From assembly GCA_965655095.1 (NCBI GenBank), contig OZ296656.1:46624001-46688000 (forward strand): a stretch of DNA of 64,000 bases, read 5' to 3'. Source of the DNA: Haplodiscus bocki (Eukaryota). A program made the position numbers and the translations under genes. Shown here piece by piece: positions 38,950 through 52,719 of this stretch. The number at the start of each line of letters is the position of its first letter. The stretch's first letter is position 1. A model generated the notes under the pieces. That model did no database searches. It saw only the letters and a program-made list of their open reading frames with translations, and had not been told where the DNA came from.

Positions 38950-41900
38950 CAAAGGCTACACATTTTCATACAAGTGGAACGGCCATGGTGCGACTGACGA
39001 AAGAACTTGAAGCAAGTTAGACACAATATTCATACTTGATGCAGCTGGTTCAAAGTGAACAGTCATCTGGGTTTGTAAAGAATGTTGCCAGTGTTTCACT
39101 TGTTAGCTGGACGTTCCTGAAATCATTGGAAGCCAGTGTTACAGCAGAAGAGTACAAAAGCAAACATTAGAGCTAACAGCAGACATTGTTTTTTGAGTGA
39201 AAATTGGAACTGATAGTCCAAGTGGAAATCTTGCACCCGAGTTTTTGGTTGCTTTCCTAATATTAACTACAGACACGCTTCACTGTCCAAAATTTGTGCC
39301 ATTTTATTGGAAAATTATTGCAATTTGTACGCCAAGGAAAAAAATGTCTGGAAAAATGCAGCGAACAGTAGAGTTGAAACCAAAACTGAAGACCAGTGGA
39401 ACAAGGTTCCTGACAGCAATATCGGCGAAGTCAATGGAAGCTAAAAGTGAAAAACTTCTACACTTTGATGTGTGAGAGAGAGAGAGACGGATCATTAGTT
39501 CACAGCTTTGAAGGTTTGGTGCATCCAATTGACTCCTCTCAAGACGCCTGCGGGTTATCGGTATCACAAACATTAGTTGGAGATACAGAGGAGTTTTATT
39601 GACTACGCTCATCTGATGTTTCACACGAAGAAAAAATTACATTTTAGAAGTCCTGAAATGGGATGTTTGAAGCTATTGAATTTATGCATTGAACTCAATC
39701 TTTACAAGTTAAAACAACAGCAATGTTTCGAGAAGGATTTATTCGATTCTCAAAAAGAGGTTAACTTTGATGAGAAACATTTATCTTTGCTGCAACCACT
39801 GAAGTAAAAAGGATATGTCAAAGAAACGAAAGACTTTCTCCGTAAAATTAATTGATTTTTGTCTTGACAATCACACTCAACATCAAAAAAATCAAAATCG
39901 GATGCCAAAACAATTTCGTAGAGCTTACGGCGTCATGAGTTCTCAAAAAAAGCATTGAAAGATCTCATAGAGGGACTAGCTGAAGCAGTTGTAAACAAAC
40001 CAACAAACTTTGACTGGGCTGCCTCAAACATCCTGATCCCTGAAATTGACGGCACGTATCATTTGGTTGTAGACTACCGTCGATTGAACCAGCAAACAAC
40101 AAAAACACCTTGGCGTCTGCCAAGGAATAGCGAGGTGATTTGTTCATTCGAAACTTTTCTGTTCATCTCTAGCATTGATATGATTCCAAGGAACTTTCAA
40201 ATGGCTCTAGGAGAAAAAATCATAGTTTGACCATTTTCATTACCCCTATGGATCTCTACAAGTAGCAACGGGTGCGAATGGGGTTGGCTTCAGCAAAGGG
40301 AGTTTGCCAGATTCTAATAGAACTAGTGTTCAGTGGTCTATCTTATGAAGTTCCGCTGGCATATTTGGGCATAAATTTTATTTTTAATAAATGGTTTGAC
40401 GAACATTTGTGGCGTCCAGAAGAAGTGTTCGCACGACATGAGAAAAAAATGGCCTCAAGATAGAAAATTCGAAAACTAATTTTTTCCAGATAACAATCAT
40501 TCTCCAAGCCATGTTGTATCAAAGAGAGCAGCGGAAGCAAAAAGTGCAGACAGGAGGCGGAGGAATATATCAAGTTGAAACTACAACGATAGAAACATTG
40601 AAATTCTCAACTAACTTGTATGAATTGCGAGATTTTTTGGTTAGCTGGACTCTATCGGATGTTCATCTCTGGTATCAGAAAATCTTCAGAGCCGCAGTAT
40701 CAAGTTTTGAAACAAGAAAAAAACTTCCAGAAGATGACTAAAAATGCTAAGATTTAGAGCAAGTTTGAAAAGAGAGGATGCTAACAGCGCTCTTCTTGGG
40801 ATAATCTGACAATCCATATGGAGACACTCTAACAATGGACGCTTCCTGGACCAGAATTGCCGCAATTTCGATACAGAGGCAAAAAGTTCCGGATCGAAGT
40901 ATCGCACATGCTAGCAAAACATTGACAAAAGCCAAGAAAACTATCAGCTACGAACCGGGAACCGGGTTGTACCTACTTGTTCGAATGGTTGTGATATTGA
41001 ATGATCACCGAGCTCTGGTGTGTTGATACAGTTTCGAAAAACCAGAGGATTTGGTAGCAAGTTTTTTGAAGAAACTCAGTCATTTTGACACCAAAATGAA
41101 GCACAACGCATAGAAAGACATTGGTGGTGCCAATTGTTTGTCAAGAGTGCACACAGAAGGAAACGGTCTAAAAAAATTGTTGCCGCGTGAAAAAATTTTC
41201 GGCAACGTTGACGAAACCTCTACTAATCAATAGCGTTTGCTTTGAAAGATAGAGAGAAAAAGCACTCAAATGGTGAAAAAAGCCAGACAAAAATCTGATA
41301 AATGTTTTGTTTCTGGCTGGAAAATGAAAAGCGATAGGATCGTTGGAAATTGAGAGGTGCTTCGAAAAAACATTGGAAGTTTTCGGTGGATTTCAAAAAC
41401 TTACAAATAGGAGATTAAATGTTTCTTAAAAAGAAACAATTGGAAACGTCTGGATATTTAATGCAACATTTTATCAATACTAAGACACAATTTGACCACC
41501 TCTGAACACTGCTTTACAAGTCTCCGTGTTCGGGCCGTTTTGGGACCACAAAAAAACTAAACCAAAAAGCCGAGGTACGATTGTTTTGACCCAAAACCGA
41601 ACAACGTGATGTGATAGCTTGGGTTAAAAGTTGCTGTGGATGTCTGAAAAGAAAAGGAAACGTCCAAAAACACAGATTTGGCCTCTCAACTTAAACATCG
41701 TTTCTGTCAGGTGTCTCTCGAGGTAATGGGCGCCTGTCTACATGATTCCCAGGTTGACAAAAAGTCTAAAGTTAGAGGAAAACTTTGGTTTACGGTACGA
41801 AGTTGTCGATATGCCAAGTCAAGAAGCAAAAACAATCGCTTGAGCAGAAGTAAAAAAAACGGGCAATAGGATTTGGATGACCCGTTAATCTCCACAGTGG

Positions 41901-42750
41901 TAGGAGAAAAAACTTTTTCTTCGAACAATTTAGATAACTTTGTCCATTTGTAGGCATTTTGTGGACTTCAGTCACGTCTTCTCATTACCAAGGAGATTCA
42001 GTGATCGAGTAGACAAAATGGAGTGTTGGCGAAAGCATGTCCAGATATGTTGGAAACCATCATTAGGAGTGGGTGGAAAAATATGCTCAGAACAAAATGA
42101 TGCCGTACTGTTTGTCTTTTTGCTCATGCACCCGGTGACAATATACACTCCTTTTTATAAAATATTAAAAGCGTTTTTGAGGTTACCGGTTAACCGGACG
42201 TTTGAAGAAAGTACTAGAGAAATTTTTCAATCACCGAGCAACTTCAACTTTATAACTGGAAGATAGTTTCAGAAAGCATAGCACTTGAGGAGAACAGAAA
42301 GGCACTGAAACAAATTCGTTGAAAAATCCGTTCGAATGGAAATTCTATGGAGTTATTATCAAGTTCAAACGTTTAAGCATAGCTGAAACACTATCACGTG
42401 AGAAGATTGGTACCGTCGTCCGCAAATCACTTTCACCCAAACTTTACTTCCGTGTGATTTTTCCAGATCAGCAGATCGGATCCAAAAGCCATGCGTAAAA
42501 TTTCTTTCATACAGTCGAAAAAGATACTTTGCTCGTCAAGTGGACAGCGAGGCTTGTTGGGCTGACTTTTTTTACTTTCTGGCTATTAGGAACCTTCCCA
42601 CGATTTACTGTCAGAGTTTTTTTCATGTTCAAGCTCAAGCGAGTAGGAACTAAAACACGTTTTTACCAACGTCCACTGTACCCGCTGTACGAATATAATA
42701 CTACTCCACAGAAGTTGAGGAATTGGGAAAGGAGAGGCCTTAGCCGAACA
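38950..42750 (+). pseudogene. Gypsy pol pseudogene (protease, RT, RNase H, integrase)
   Basis: Protease-like IFILDAAG (~39030). RT: DWAASNILIPEIDGTYHLVVDYRRLNQQTTKTPWRLP, SSIDM..FQM, MGLASA, EHL..EEVF. RNase H: MDASWTRIAA..IAHASKTLT, NDHRAL, ANCLSR. Integrase region: QVSLEVMG, LHS..KNF. Broken by many stops and frameshifts, and YxDD is lost. Confidence 0.85.
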
Positions 42751-44109
42751 CGGCTGGTATAAAGAAGAGACGGAAAAAAAAGAGCTCGTAAATGGAGAGG
42801 AGTGACAAATCGTGTTTTCTAAAGACAATCTGTTTATAAAAGTTTGTGGCACAAACGAAGTATTTGTGTTCAGGCATAGCTGGAGGACTAAAGAAAAGTA
42901 CATCTACTACCTACCAAACTTGAATCAATTGTTTTCAATGATCGCTTCAGGTCTGTACGGAGAACAGTGATGCAATTCCGGGCAACACTATGGCCCTTTA
43001 AAATGCAATATGACTCGCAAAAATCAATACCAAGGCTGATGTTTGTGCAAATCAATTGACCGGGCTTCGATCAGATGTGAAGAAGTCGAAAATGAAACTC
43101 AAGTCACTCGTAGAACAACTAAAAACTGCGGAGTTGCAAATCAATGTAAGGATGAAGAGACATCAAGGATGAATTCAAGGGATGGTGTTTATTTTAAGAC
43201 TTCAGCGAGATAAAAGTACGCGATTGATCGGCGACCTGGAAAAACAATGCGTGTCTTCGAAGAGTAGAAGGAAAAAAGCTAGACGCATGAAGAAGTTGAG
43301 TCGTGATCTCAAAGGAGCTTTTCGCAGCGTGTCGTCACGCTGATGATGTCCTTTTGGTCAACCCAAAAAACCGACGTCAAAAACTTAAAACAAAATGACA
43401 ATAAACTTACAACTCTAACCCATCCTCTTGTGGGTTGTTGTGGAACGCATTTCAAAGGCAAACATCGTGCCTGCCTGATAGAAAACGATAACAAAGCTAA
43501 AGAAACGTACAGCAAAGTTGGTTCGGAAAAGGCTGAGAAATAATTGTCAAATTGAAACTGTGAGATTTATTAGTTACATTACGGTTAGTTTTAAACAATT
43601 GCGACATTCGAGTTGGTGGTTATCACCTAAGGTAGAGAAGCATAGGAGATATCAACAGCTGTTAAGTAAAGGAGAAAAAGTGGGCCTCGCTTTTCCCCAC
43701 AAAATTTCTGAAAGTTCAGTAGAGTTTCTGTCGAATGAGACAATTTTCATCGAAGGTGGACGGCACGCTAATGCTGTACGAACAATTGATGGTACCGCAG
43801 GACGCCTCATGGAATGAACAATATGAGCTTCGACAAGGTGAGCCTACTGTGACATCCTTACCAGGGAGGAACACGAAGGTTATTTCTTCGGCTGAAACGG
43901 GCCGACCACAAAGCTGGTGATGAGGAAACCCGGAAAATTCATGATTTTGAGGTTTGCGAAGCAGCAATTGATCTGCTTACTTTCATAAAGCAATCAAGAC
44001 ATTTGATTTTTCTCTGTGGACAAATAGTGGAAAACTACGTTCTATGTAGTGGCCCTAACTCTACTCTGCGTGTTTTGACTTGGCAATAATGATTTTTTTT
44101 TCGCAGGGG

Positions 44110-44530
44110 AACATCAAACGTTACCTAAAAGGTTTTCTTTAAGAACAATAGAGTTGTTCAACAAGATTACACCTGATTTAGGACGAGTGGTATCATAAAT
44201 TTCATGTGGCAGTTCATAACACCGGGCTGTCGAGTTCGACGGCTTCCGTAAAGCCATTTCCGGGCAACGGAGGGTTAAAAATTTCCAATCAGCTGTTTGT
44301 TTGGTTTTGACAATTCAGTTAAAGAACAAAAAAGATGGTGAGATAACAGCATGCTTTGAAAAATGATAATGAAAGATGGGGGCTAAAAAATCGAGATATG
44401 ATGGCCACCGTATTTTAATGCCCTATACTTCTAACTCAAAAATTTCTCTTGATCCTGGCTTGCTTTGAAATTGAACAAGGTTTATTAGCATCCAATTTTT
44501 CAATTTCAACAGTTCTTTGAAAGACTAACA
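44110..44530 (+). repeat. 3' LTR of gypsy element
   Basis: Diverged collinear copy of 36680-37108, ends in ...CTAACA and is preceded by a purine tract. Confidence 0.7.
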
Positions 44531-44559
44531 AATGATCGGAGAGATTGAAAGTGCTCAAA

Positions 44560-47500
44560 CATCAAATGAAACAGACCCAACATAGTCAGATAACTGGCAC
44601 TGTTTTTTGCATAGCACATGGAGCTCAGAGGTTCAAGAAGCAGGACTGAGACTGGATTGCCTCAAAAACAATCTGGTCGTGTTGAAGTTTTACAAGCGAA
44701 GAACTTGAAGGAAAAGGTGAGCTCTCAAGAAGAAAGTTTCCGGCTCACTATAGTAACTTCTGCATGGTTGATATCACCACGCAATCTTCAAATCTGATTC
44801 CATAGACGGTTTTCAGGTTTCAACAAAAACTCACTCACACTGCTGACATATGTCACAACCTATTCTGCTTATTGCTAAAAGCAACCACGACAACAGTTTT
44901 GCTGAAGCTTTTGAACCAACTCTTCAGTCCTTGATCAGCCTTCCGATGAAAAACGACTCCGGAAGACACTGACAGGTTGAAAAATGCTGGTGGTCTTTGA
45001 GAATCCAGAGTTGAGTTGGTCGTACGTTTTTTGTTGTCAAGAGTATCGATGCCCTTGCAACATTTTGTGTGAAGCGGATCAAGTGAGTTTTTTTTCACGG
45101 ATTTTCGAAGACACTCAAATATGTGCAAACAGTCCTTCAAATTGAAAGCATTTGATCGAGCAGAAACCTATCGTCACCAACCGTAAAGCTGCCTCCAAAA
45201 CTTGCGAAGTCATGGCGAAGCTTGGTTAGAAAAAAAGTTGAGAAAACGGAGACTTGCCGTGGGGTCAGAAATCTGCTCTAAGCTCCGGTCATTATATGTT
45301 GCATCTCTTGTCTCGGAAGGTGTCGCTCACTTCCTCGCTCATCACTTGCCGTTGAGCCATCTTTTTTTTGTCACAAAAGAGATCGCGATGCTCTGAAAAA
45401 AGAGGCCTCTTGTTGTAGTAGTAGTAGTGGTTGTTGTTGTCGTTGATTTGCAGTCGAACTATGAGGATCTTTCTTGCATTTGTGAAAGAGAGCGCCCACA
45501 TATCCATTCTTTCAAAATTGAATGTGCGTCTTCGTCAGGGGTTGTGTCGACTTTGTTGTCGTTGAACATTTTTTTGAAAATCAATTCGTCAGATTGGAAT
45601 GTTGATATCGAAATGACCTCATAACTACTTTTGGAGTCGTCGAGAAAGCTATATGGATCCCAGAGTTTCATGTTGTTGGGAGAATTGTTGATAGACACAG
45701 AGGAGAAACGGGTCCAGAAATGAACCTTGTTGTACACCACTGGACACTGGCAACTCCTTTGTTTACCGGTTTTCAAACGAAACAAACTCTGAGCGTCCTT
45801 CCAAGTGGTCAAATAGAATGTCGATTAAGTCGCCACCGACTGCGATGGTTTCAGGTTTTTTCGGGTTCATGTTATGGGGAACACGGTCGAAGATTTGAGA
45901 AGTCTGCATGAAATGCTGTTAGTGATTCGTTTGAGTTGTCTATCTAGTGCGCTGTGGATGTCCTGCAAAACTTGTAGCTTGTTCCTAAGTTCAGATCGTT
46001 TTCTAACGAAACCGTTTTTAGTTTTTTGTAATGTCAGCAAATTGTTGATGCAGTAGATCATAAATGCACTTGCTAAATATAGTGCTTTTACTCTTCAGGA
46101 GTGATATCCCCCGATAGTGACGTTTCGTTTATCTCCCTTTTTGTGTTCAGATGTGACGGGCTCCTTTGCATTTTTTGTGAAAATCCTTAGTTCTATGGCT
46201 TTGAAAAATACCTCAAGGTTGTTACAATTTTATTTGCGTACCGGGAAAGAAACCAGGCAGTATTATTTCTGGGCCTTTGCTTTTGGTGATGTCAAGTTCC
46301 GTGATAATTCCTTGAATTCGCGTTCTAGATTTGCTGAAAATCGTCAAATGGGCGTGTTAGTTTACTTTGACGTCTCCTTATTCATTTGTCTTTTTCGAGG
46401 AGAGAAAGACCTCTGGGTCAAATTCATAGTTCCCGGGAGAGGAAGAATAAAGGAGGGACAAGAAAAATGCTTGTTGAAAATTAGGAAATACGCACTGTGA
46501 GAGTGAATATTGGTGCATTGTTAAGAATAAGGAGTTGGCGAGCAACAGAGAAATAAGGAAATTATTGTTTTAGACTTTTGTATCCAAAGAAGGTCGCAAA
46601 AAATTGCAGTACGACTTTTCTTTTCGTTTTTCTGAATTGGGCTAACTTTCAGTTGATGTCTTTCACTTTTGCAAGGGCTTGGAGAAGTTATCGTCAAACT
46701 GCTCGGACGAAAACCGTCCGTTTAAACTTATCAATGGATTATTGTCGGCAATTGATGTAGTCTCAAATAAACTTGTCATGTGTAGCCCAATGTTCTTTTC
46801 ATTCCGTTTCTTAAACTTTCAGGATCTGTGTTCCCCCTGCTATGGACAATTTTCGTCAAACCTTTAGCTCGAATTGGGCGGATTTCAAAGTTTTCTTGTG
46901 GAACAAAGAGACAAAAGAGGTTGCTGGACGAACAGGGAAAAGCTGGGGTTAGTGTGGATCATTTATGACTTGATTTTGGCTGAAAGGATTTTTATCAATG
47001 TTGATTTTAAATTTGGAAGCGTGGTGAATCATTAGCTAATGCTGTTGCACATTAAGTTAATGTTGACTGTTCCAGCATAAACAAATCCATTAGTTTTTAA
47101 TATTAACGCCAACTTTGGCACTGAATTTGTGCTAAAACCATCTCCAGCTAACCTCTATTTTAATCTATTCCAAAACGAAAAAATAAGGACTGTGCATACT
47201 GGAGTCATATTAGTGAAGAAAAAGCCCGTAATCAAGAATGAGCTGTCAAGACAGAAAAGTTTGGTGCCACTACGCTGTAGAGCCTCCTTAGTTTCAGTAA
47301 TGGTCATGTGTGTAAATAAAACGCATCTAAACATCGGTAAGAGGAGGAAAAGTTGAAAAAATATTTTGAGTATTGGCATACTGGCATATTTAAGTACACC
47401 AAAATGTATGAACTTAAAGCGATTACTATTGAAGATTCGTACAGATAAGTCAAGGCCGACTTCTTTCCTCAACTATAACAGAAATTGATGAGTCTTCAAA
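44560..47500 (-). mobile_element. Decayed non-LTR retrotransposon (LINE; CR1/L2/Jockey group) ORF2
   Basis: Minus-strand translation gives IITELDITKSKGP (~46310), KGDKRNV (~46135), NGFVRKRS..LQDIHSALD, AFHADFS..RVP (~45910), VSSGVQQGSFLDP (~45740, cf. SGVPQGSxLGP) and DPYSFLDDSK (~45650, cf. F/YADD), in canonical order. The upstream ~1 kb is the right size for an eroded APE endonuclease domain (weak support). Ends approximate. Confidence 0.8.
45410..45445. repeat. Compound (TTG)n/(TAG)n microsatellite inside the LINE
   Basis: TTGTTGTAGTAGTAGTAGTGGTTGTTGTTGTCGTTG read directly. Confidence 0.8.
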
Positions 47501-48784
47501 ATTTTGCAACTTTCTCAAGTGTGCAATTTTGTAGAAATCTTTCCAAAATTTTACCTTAGTTACTAAAACCTTCGATGAAAGAAGCAAAAACTTTACGTGA
47601 AGACACAAATGATACTGATCTAGAGTGAAAAGCTTTTTTCAGTTGACCATCATCATCCTAGACTGACCAAAATATTGCAAGCAACTCAGTATTGGCATAA
47701 AATGATTCGAAACATTATTTGTATGCTAGAGATGAAATAGATTTTTTTCATTGGTGTTCGTCATTGATTTACTGTCTAAGACATCTATGGGCATTACTTT
47801 GTGACATGTTATACTCAATTTAAATATCCAATAAATACCCATTTTTCTACACACTCTTGTCGCGAACTGAGTTTTTGACGTCATATCTTAAATAAACGGC
47901 GAGCAAGCCACGTACGTAACGCTCTGGATTCTTCTCTTGTCAAGGTGGCTTTGTGAATTTGCGGAGGCATTTATAGTTCCTGAAGAACAGCACGACAACA
48001 CACTGCAGGAACATCAGCTGTATATATTAGTCAGAAGCAGGGAACGAATTTGTGATTCCGTTTCCCTCCGGAAAATTTGCGTGTGTTGCATTGGAAGTAT
48101 TTGCTGCTGCAAAATGACAACGCAAATACCATTGGTCCAATTAATGCATCGAGTTGTAGAAGCTGTAGAGTAGTGGCGGCGGTTCAAGCTCAATTCCTCC
48201 ACATTTGTGTATGTATGTTTAGAGAACGTGGCAACAACCAGTGTTGAGTAGTCTTTCCCTGTATCCTCCGCGCTCAATCATTTACGTACCTCGTGCTTTT
48301 TGGCGCTCCATTTCTTCCTCCTTCAAGTTGCGTGTTGGTTGGTCGTGTATATAATTCAGCAGTCCCCTCTTGTGGAACAATTTGAAAGAAAATTATCGGA
48401 AGGAACATTCAATGTTTCAAATTGCATGTTCTCAACTAAATGCTCTCAATTAACGTGTACTTTCTTCAGCGCGAGACCGCATTCACAGAAACAATATGGG
48501 ACACGTTTTTTTTGGCCAAATTGAGTAATTCATGAACGTGAAATTTTATGTCCGCATTTGGAAACGGAAATCTCTGTATTCTTAACGTAGCTGAGGGCTT
48601 TGTGGAGAAAAAAGTTTTGAGGATAGAAAAGGATTTTGGAAGATAAGTGCAGCAATGAATTGAAGATTAATTGCAACATTAGGTTTTCCAGATTCATTAA
48701 TGTATACTGTGTGTTCTGAATGCGTCGTGCAAAGCCTGGATTTCTTCAAATTTTCTCTGATTTTGAGGACTTGAGAAAATTTTA

Positions 48785-49013
48785 GTTTTATGAAGTACTT
48801 ATAGTGTCACTCGGCTGTTTCTAGCTTTTTCGTACGGCATTTTGCGACCTCGTCCAAAATAAGAAAATTCGTGCGATAGTTGAAAAATTTGATATTTTCA
48901 AAACGCAGACAAACTGCGTGTGAGTACAGGAGGAACCATACCGTGTATCATAGTGGCGGTGAGAGTGCGGAAATCAAAAGAAATTTTCCGAAGTCCTATC
49001 CGCTTTGGGTGGC
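48785..49013. repeat. Dispersed ~230-bp repeat, copy 1
   Basis: Shares GAAGTACTTAT.GTGT..CTCGG, CATTTTGCGAC, GTCCAAAAT and AAGTCCTATCCGC.TTGG with copies at 50092 and 60465. Confidence 0.85.
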
Positions 49014-50091
49014 CATGGCTTTTTCATGTTTTCCCATTTGTCATTAAAAGCACGATGCACCGTAAAAATTAGTGAAACTTCGAATTATGGATTGTAGAGT
49101 TCGAATTCAATTTCTTAGTGTTGTCTTTACTACACAACCTTATTGTTTGTCCAATTTTTAGAAAAATTAATATCGTAGAAATAATTATAGTTTCTTGGAA
49201 AAATGTTAACAAATGCATAATAGGCACTTTCAGTATGGTTCTGTAGTTTTACATCAGCATGTAATGTGCTTGAATTTTTTTACTGGTGACTTAACGGAAA
49301 AAGTTTGCTTTATACGAAAGATACTTCAATGACGCCCCCAGAAAACAAATGTTTTATGAATAGAGTGGACTGGCCATATAAAGTTATAATGGCTTATAAA
49401 TGAGATCAAACCATTTTTTGAAGTTTTCAAACTGGCATTTGTGCTTTGGTTAGATAGTCCAAGCATTAGTGAGGAGATTACTCGCTTGACTGGCTCCGGT
49501 GGTGTGTTGTTGCATCATTCTGATCACGTGTGTTATGATTCATTTTTTTTTGTTGAAGACTTGGAGTCGAAACGTCGTGTTGAATCCTGTGAAATTGAGC
49601 TGAAAAGAACTGCCTGAAATTTAGATACGCAAGACGCGCGAGAGATTTTCCTTAATATAATTGGGGGCGGAAATTTATAAATACTGGGTAAATAGCTTTG
49701 GTGTGATGTATAATTGTTTAGTAAGTTTTCTAATGGTTAGTTAAGTTTTTATATGTCAAAATGAAAATTCATGAGAACTTAACTTTTCAAAATTTTCCTG
49801 ATTACGAAAATGGGAACGAATCAAAAAGTGTTCGTATTTTAATATATTGTTTCGGTTTTTCCAAAAAATGCTCCAAATGTAACAATTCTCGTACTTTGTG
49901 TAGTTGCATTGTGAAACTAATTGTTGATTATGCTTCAAAAATACAGCAAATACTTTCAGAAGTAATTAATAACTTTGGTAGCATTGCCTTTTCGCCTGGC
50001 GTTATTCTTCAATGTAAACTATGGTCCGTCGTTGGCTACTTGGGACGAAAATGTAGGAAAAAAAGTAGTTTTCAAGTTCTTCGGAAAATTT

Positions 50092-50321
50092 GAATTTTAC
50101 GAAGTACTTATTGTGTTACTCGGTTTTTTTTGTTTTTTCATACGACATTTTGCGACCTCGTCCAAAATAAGGAATTTCGTGCGACATCTGAATTATTTGT
50201 TTTTTTTTCAAAACGAAGCAAAGCTGTGTGGGAGTACAGGAGGGACCATCATAATAGCGGTGAGAGTGCGCAAATCAAAAAGTTTTTCATTTTTTCCGAA
50301 GTCCTATCCGCCTTGGGTGGC
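50092..50321. repeat. Dispersed ~230-bp repeat, copy 2
   Basis: Same collinear blocks and orientation as copy 1. Confidence 0.85.
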
Positions 50322-50704
50322 TGTTTGTTGAATCGAGAACTCTTGAATTGAACCACAAAACGTTAGTTTTTCCTGAAATTTGTCTAAGTGCATGCATGTT
50401 AATTGAGGATGTATCTGGAGCAAAGAAAGTGAAGGCGATGTCTCAAATTTCGACAGTTTGACTGGTACTTTTCTCGAAAAGTGCTTGATTGGCAAATATT
50501 TTGAGTTCTAACTCTTTCTCAGCTAAAGTACCAATCATTCTCTTGGTAGCAGATTTTTTGTCTGATAATGACGAGGGTAGTTTTTGTCTCGTGCTTCACT
50601 TCGTTTTTATGTTGGTGCTGAGGTTAATAAAATATGCGAGAAATTCTCTGTTTACGCAGTTTCAACCGTTATCATAATAGTACCTTTGTTTCTTCGGACA
50701 AAAA

Positions 50705-50775
50705 GCATGCAGCCTTTTGGTGGGGTTCGAACTCGCAACCTTTGTATTCGTTGCTAATTTTCAACATACTATTTT
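50705..50775 (-). other. tRNA-derived (SINE-head-like) fragment
   Basis: Minus strand reads AAGGTTGCGAGTTCGAACCCC, a Pol III B-box/T-arm-like word. No complete cloverleaf. Confidence 0.3.
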
Positions 50776-52350
50776 CTTTTGCCTGACTAAATCTGTTGTA
50801 GGGAAATAAGAATTAAATTTCTCATGGACGGAAAATGAAAGAAGCCGTTTTTTGGTTGAAACGGCACCCAGTTGAAAAGAAATGTTTTTTTTTGTCGAGT
50901 ATTGAAGAAATATATTATTGGGTGATCCAGCAGATATAATCAGGGCTGGATATAGCCAACCGCCCTCTAGTGTTTGAAAGGTGATCAAACTAATTTTAGT
51001 GCTGGATACTTTTTTGGTGCCGCCATTCAAACTAGTTGAATTGGTGCTTACATCTGCCATCGAATTTTTTTTAATTATTGAGCAAGTAAATACTGAATTA
51101 TATATACATGCTCATGTCAAAAACACATAGCTCTTTCCTTGAATATAGTCTCCGCTGAGTCTACGATCGCGCATTAACAATTGAAGTTACCTTTCATTTG
51201 TACTTAACGGGCCAGCTTGAATGTTGAATCAAATGATTACGGACTTGCGTTCTTTATCATAAAATATAAAACATTAAAAGATCGCCCTTTCTTCAAATTG
51301 TGACTTATGAATTAATCAACAAGCTGCTTGTGTATGTGCTCAATGCAAAGTTCATTGCTGTCTCCAAGAAAGAATGAATGAACATCAATGGAACTCTAAT
51401 CGAGTATTCTCAAGTTTCGCAATGATGTGCATTTCTATGTTATGAGTATTTCGTTTTCTTGTCGTTTTGTGATTCAATATTGATCAATGCTTATGTCGTG
51501 CAGAAAAGAAAGGTTCCAATAATTGTGTCACGTCTGCATTCAAAATAATCATCAAAACTTTTGGTTCATTTCCCATTTTTGTTTTTTAGGGGATTCACGA
51601 ACATAGCTTCTTTTAATTTGTTCGAGGGCGAGACTGCGAGGGGTATGCGAATTACGCTCCTCCGAACGCAAGGTCTCCATCGAAGTTGGCACAATTGAAC
51701 TTCTTCAGCAGAGCCACAAAATATCGCAATAAGGGATTTTACTGCTGAGAAATTAACTGACTTTTGGGTAACATTTTCTGGAGCGAAGCAGTATTTACTA
51801 GCTGTAAAAGCAGCAGTAGTTTTTCAACCACTTCAACAAGGAAGTGCTAATAGTACGAGAAATTACAGAACTAAATTGATTTTTTATTGGTATTTTATTT
51901 TAATTAATTCATTAAAAAATACAAAAATTATTATTGCACTTGTGCAAGCAAGTGTTATCACAGGCTTCGTTTTCTTTTTTTTTCGATCCGTTTACGACTC
52001 ACTTTTTTGGCTACATTCTAATGTTGCCTAATTTTTGTTCATGAGTTCTCACTTTCTTGCACAAATTTGTGGATGCCCTCTCGCGAAGCTTTAAAAATTT
52101 GAAGAGGCCTAATTTCCAGCATTCGTGCTTGTTTTAAATATGAAGCGAATTAACGGCTGTAGCTGGTCGTACCTGTTACACTTGTATACAAATAAGAATT
52201 AACTGAGTTAGTTACATTTCTGTTTAAAAGTTATTTTCCGTCGGAAAAATTTTTCGAAAGGAAAATATTCGAAAAAAGTATTCGGAGTTCATTTTTTCCT
52301 GATTTTGCCCATGACGCGCAGACTTCGCACATTGCAGAGCAGAACACTTA

Positions 52351-52425
52351 GTTTCTTGTATAGTACAAATGTGTGGTTGCGGTTAGGAAGCCAGAGGTGG
52401 TGGGTTCGAATGCCACTGTCCGTTG
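52351..52425 (+). other. tRNA-derived (SINE-head-like) fragment
   Basis: A-box-like TAGTACAAATG(TG)TGG followed at tRNA-like distance by AGAGGTGGTGGGTTCGAATGCCAC (T-arm GTGG/CCAC with GTTCGAA). Acceptor and anticodon stems do not pair. Confidence 0.4.
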
Positions 52426-52719
52426 TATTTTTCTCACATATTTTTAGATATTCGTTTACAGCTTCTTGTGTTTTAATAGCCAAAATAATTTTTTAACCAA
52501 AATTTACTGTTTCATGATAAGGCTCTTTCTTTCTCAAAACTGATCCGTTTTCCAACGTAAAAGAAACAAATAGTTATTTGTGAATATTTTTCAAAAAATT
52601 TTAAAAAAATCGTTCTTCAAGAAAAACGAAAAAAGTTAAATGTTTATATAAATCTTTGAAAATTTAACTCTTTAGATGTAAATATTGATTTTTTTCAGAT
52701 TTTGGATTTTCAGATTTTG

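Larger units (their letters stand above)
36680..44530 (+). mobile_element. Full-length but decayed Ty3/gypsy LTR retrotransposon (~7.85 kb)
   Basis: Two diverged direct repeats bound a PR-RT-RH-IN pol relic (gypsy domain order). A PBS-like TGGTGAC lies at 37110 just after the left repeat and a short purine tract GCAGGGGA at 44103-44110 just before the right repeat. No TSD recognisable. Confidence 0.8.

Noticed and set aside
50761-51060. 99-aa minus ORF with an N-terminus and YPALIISAGSPNNI segment faintly like GPCR TM1
   Set aside because: No further transmembrane helices or GPCR motifs follow; the similarity is too weak.
52351-52425. Functional tRNA gene
   Set aside because: Only the T-arm/B-box is intact, so it is kept as a tRNA-derived fragment.
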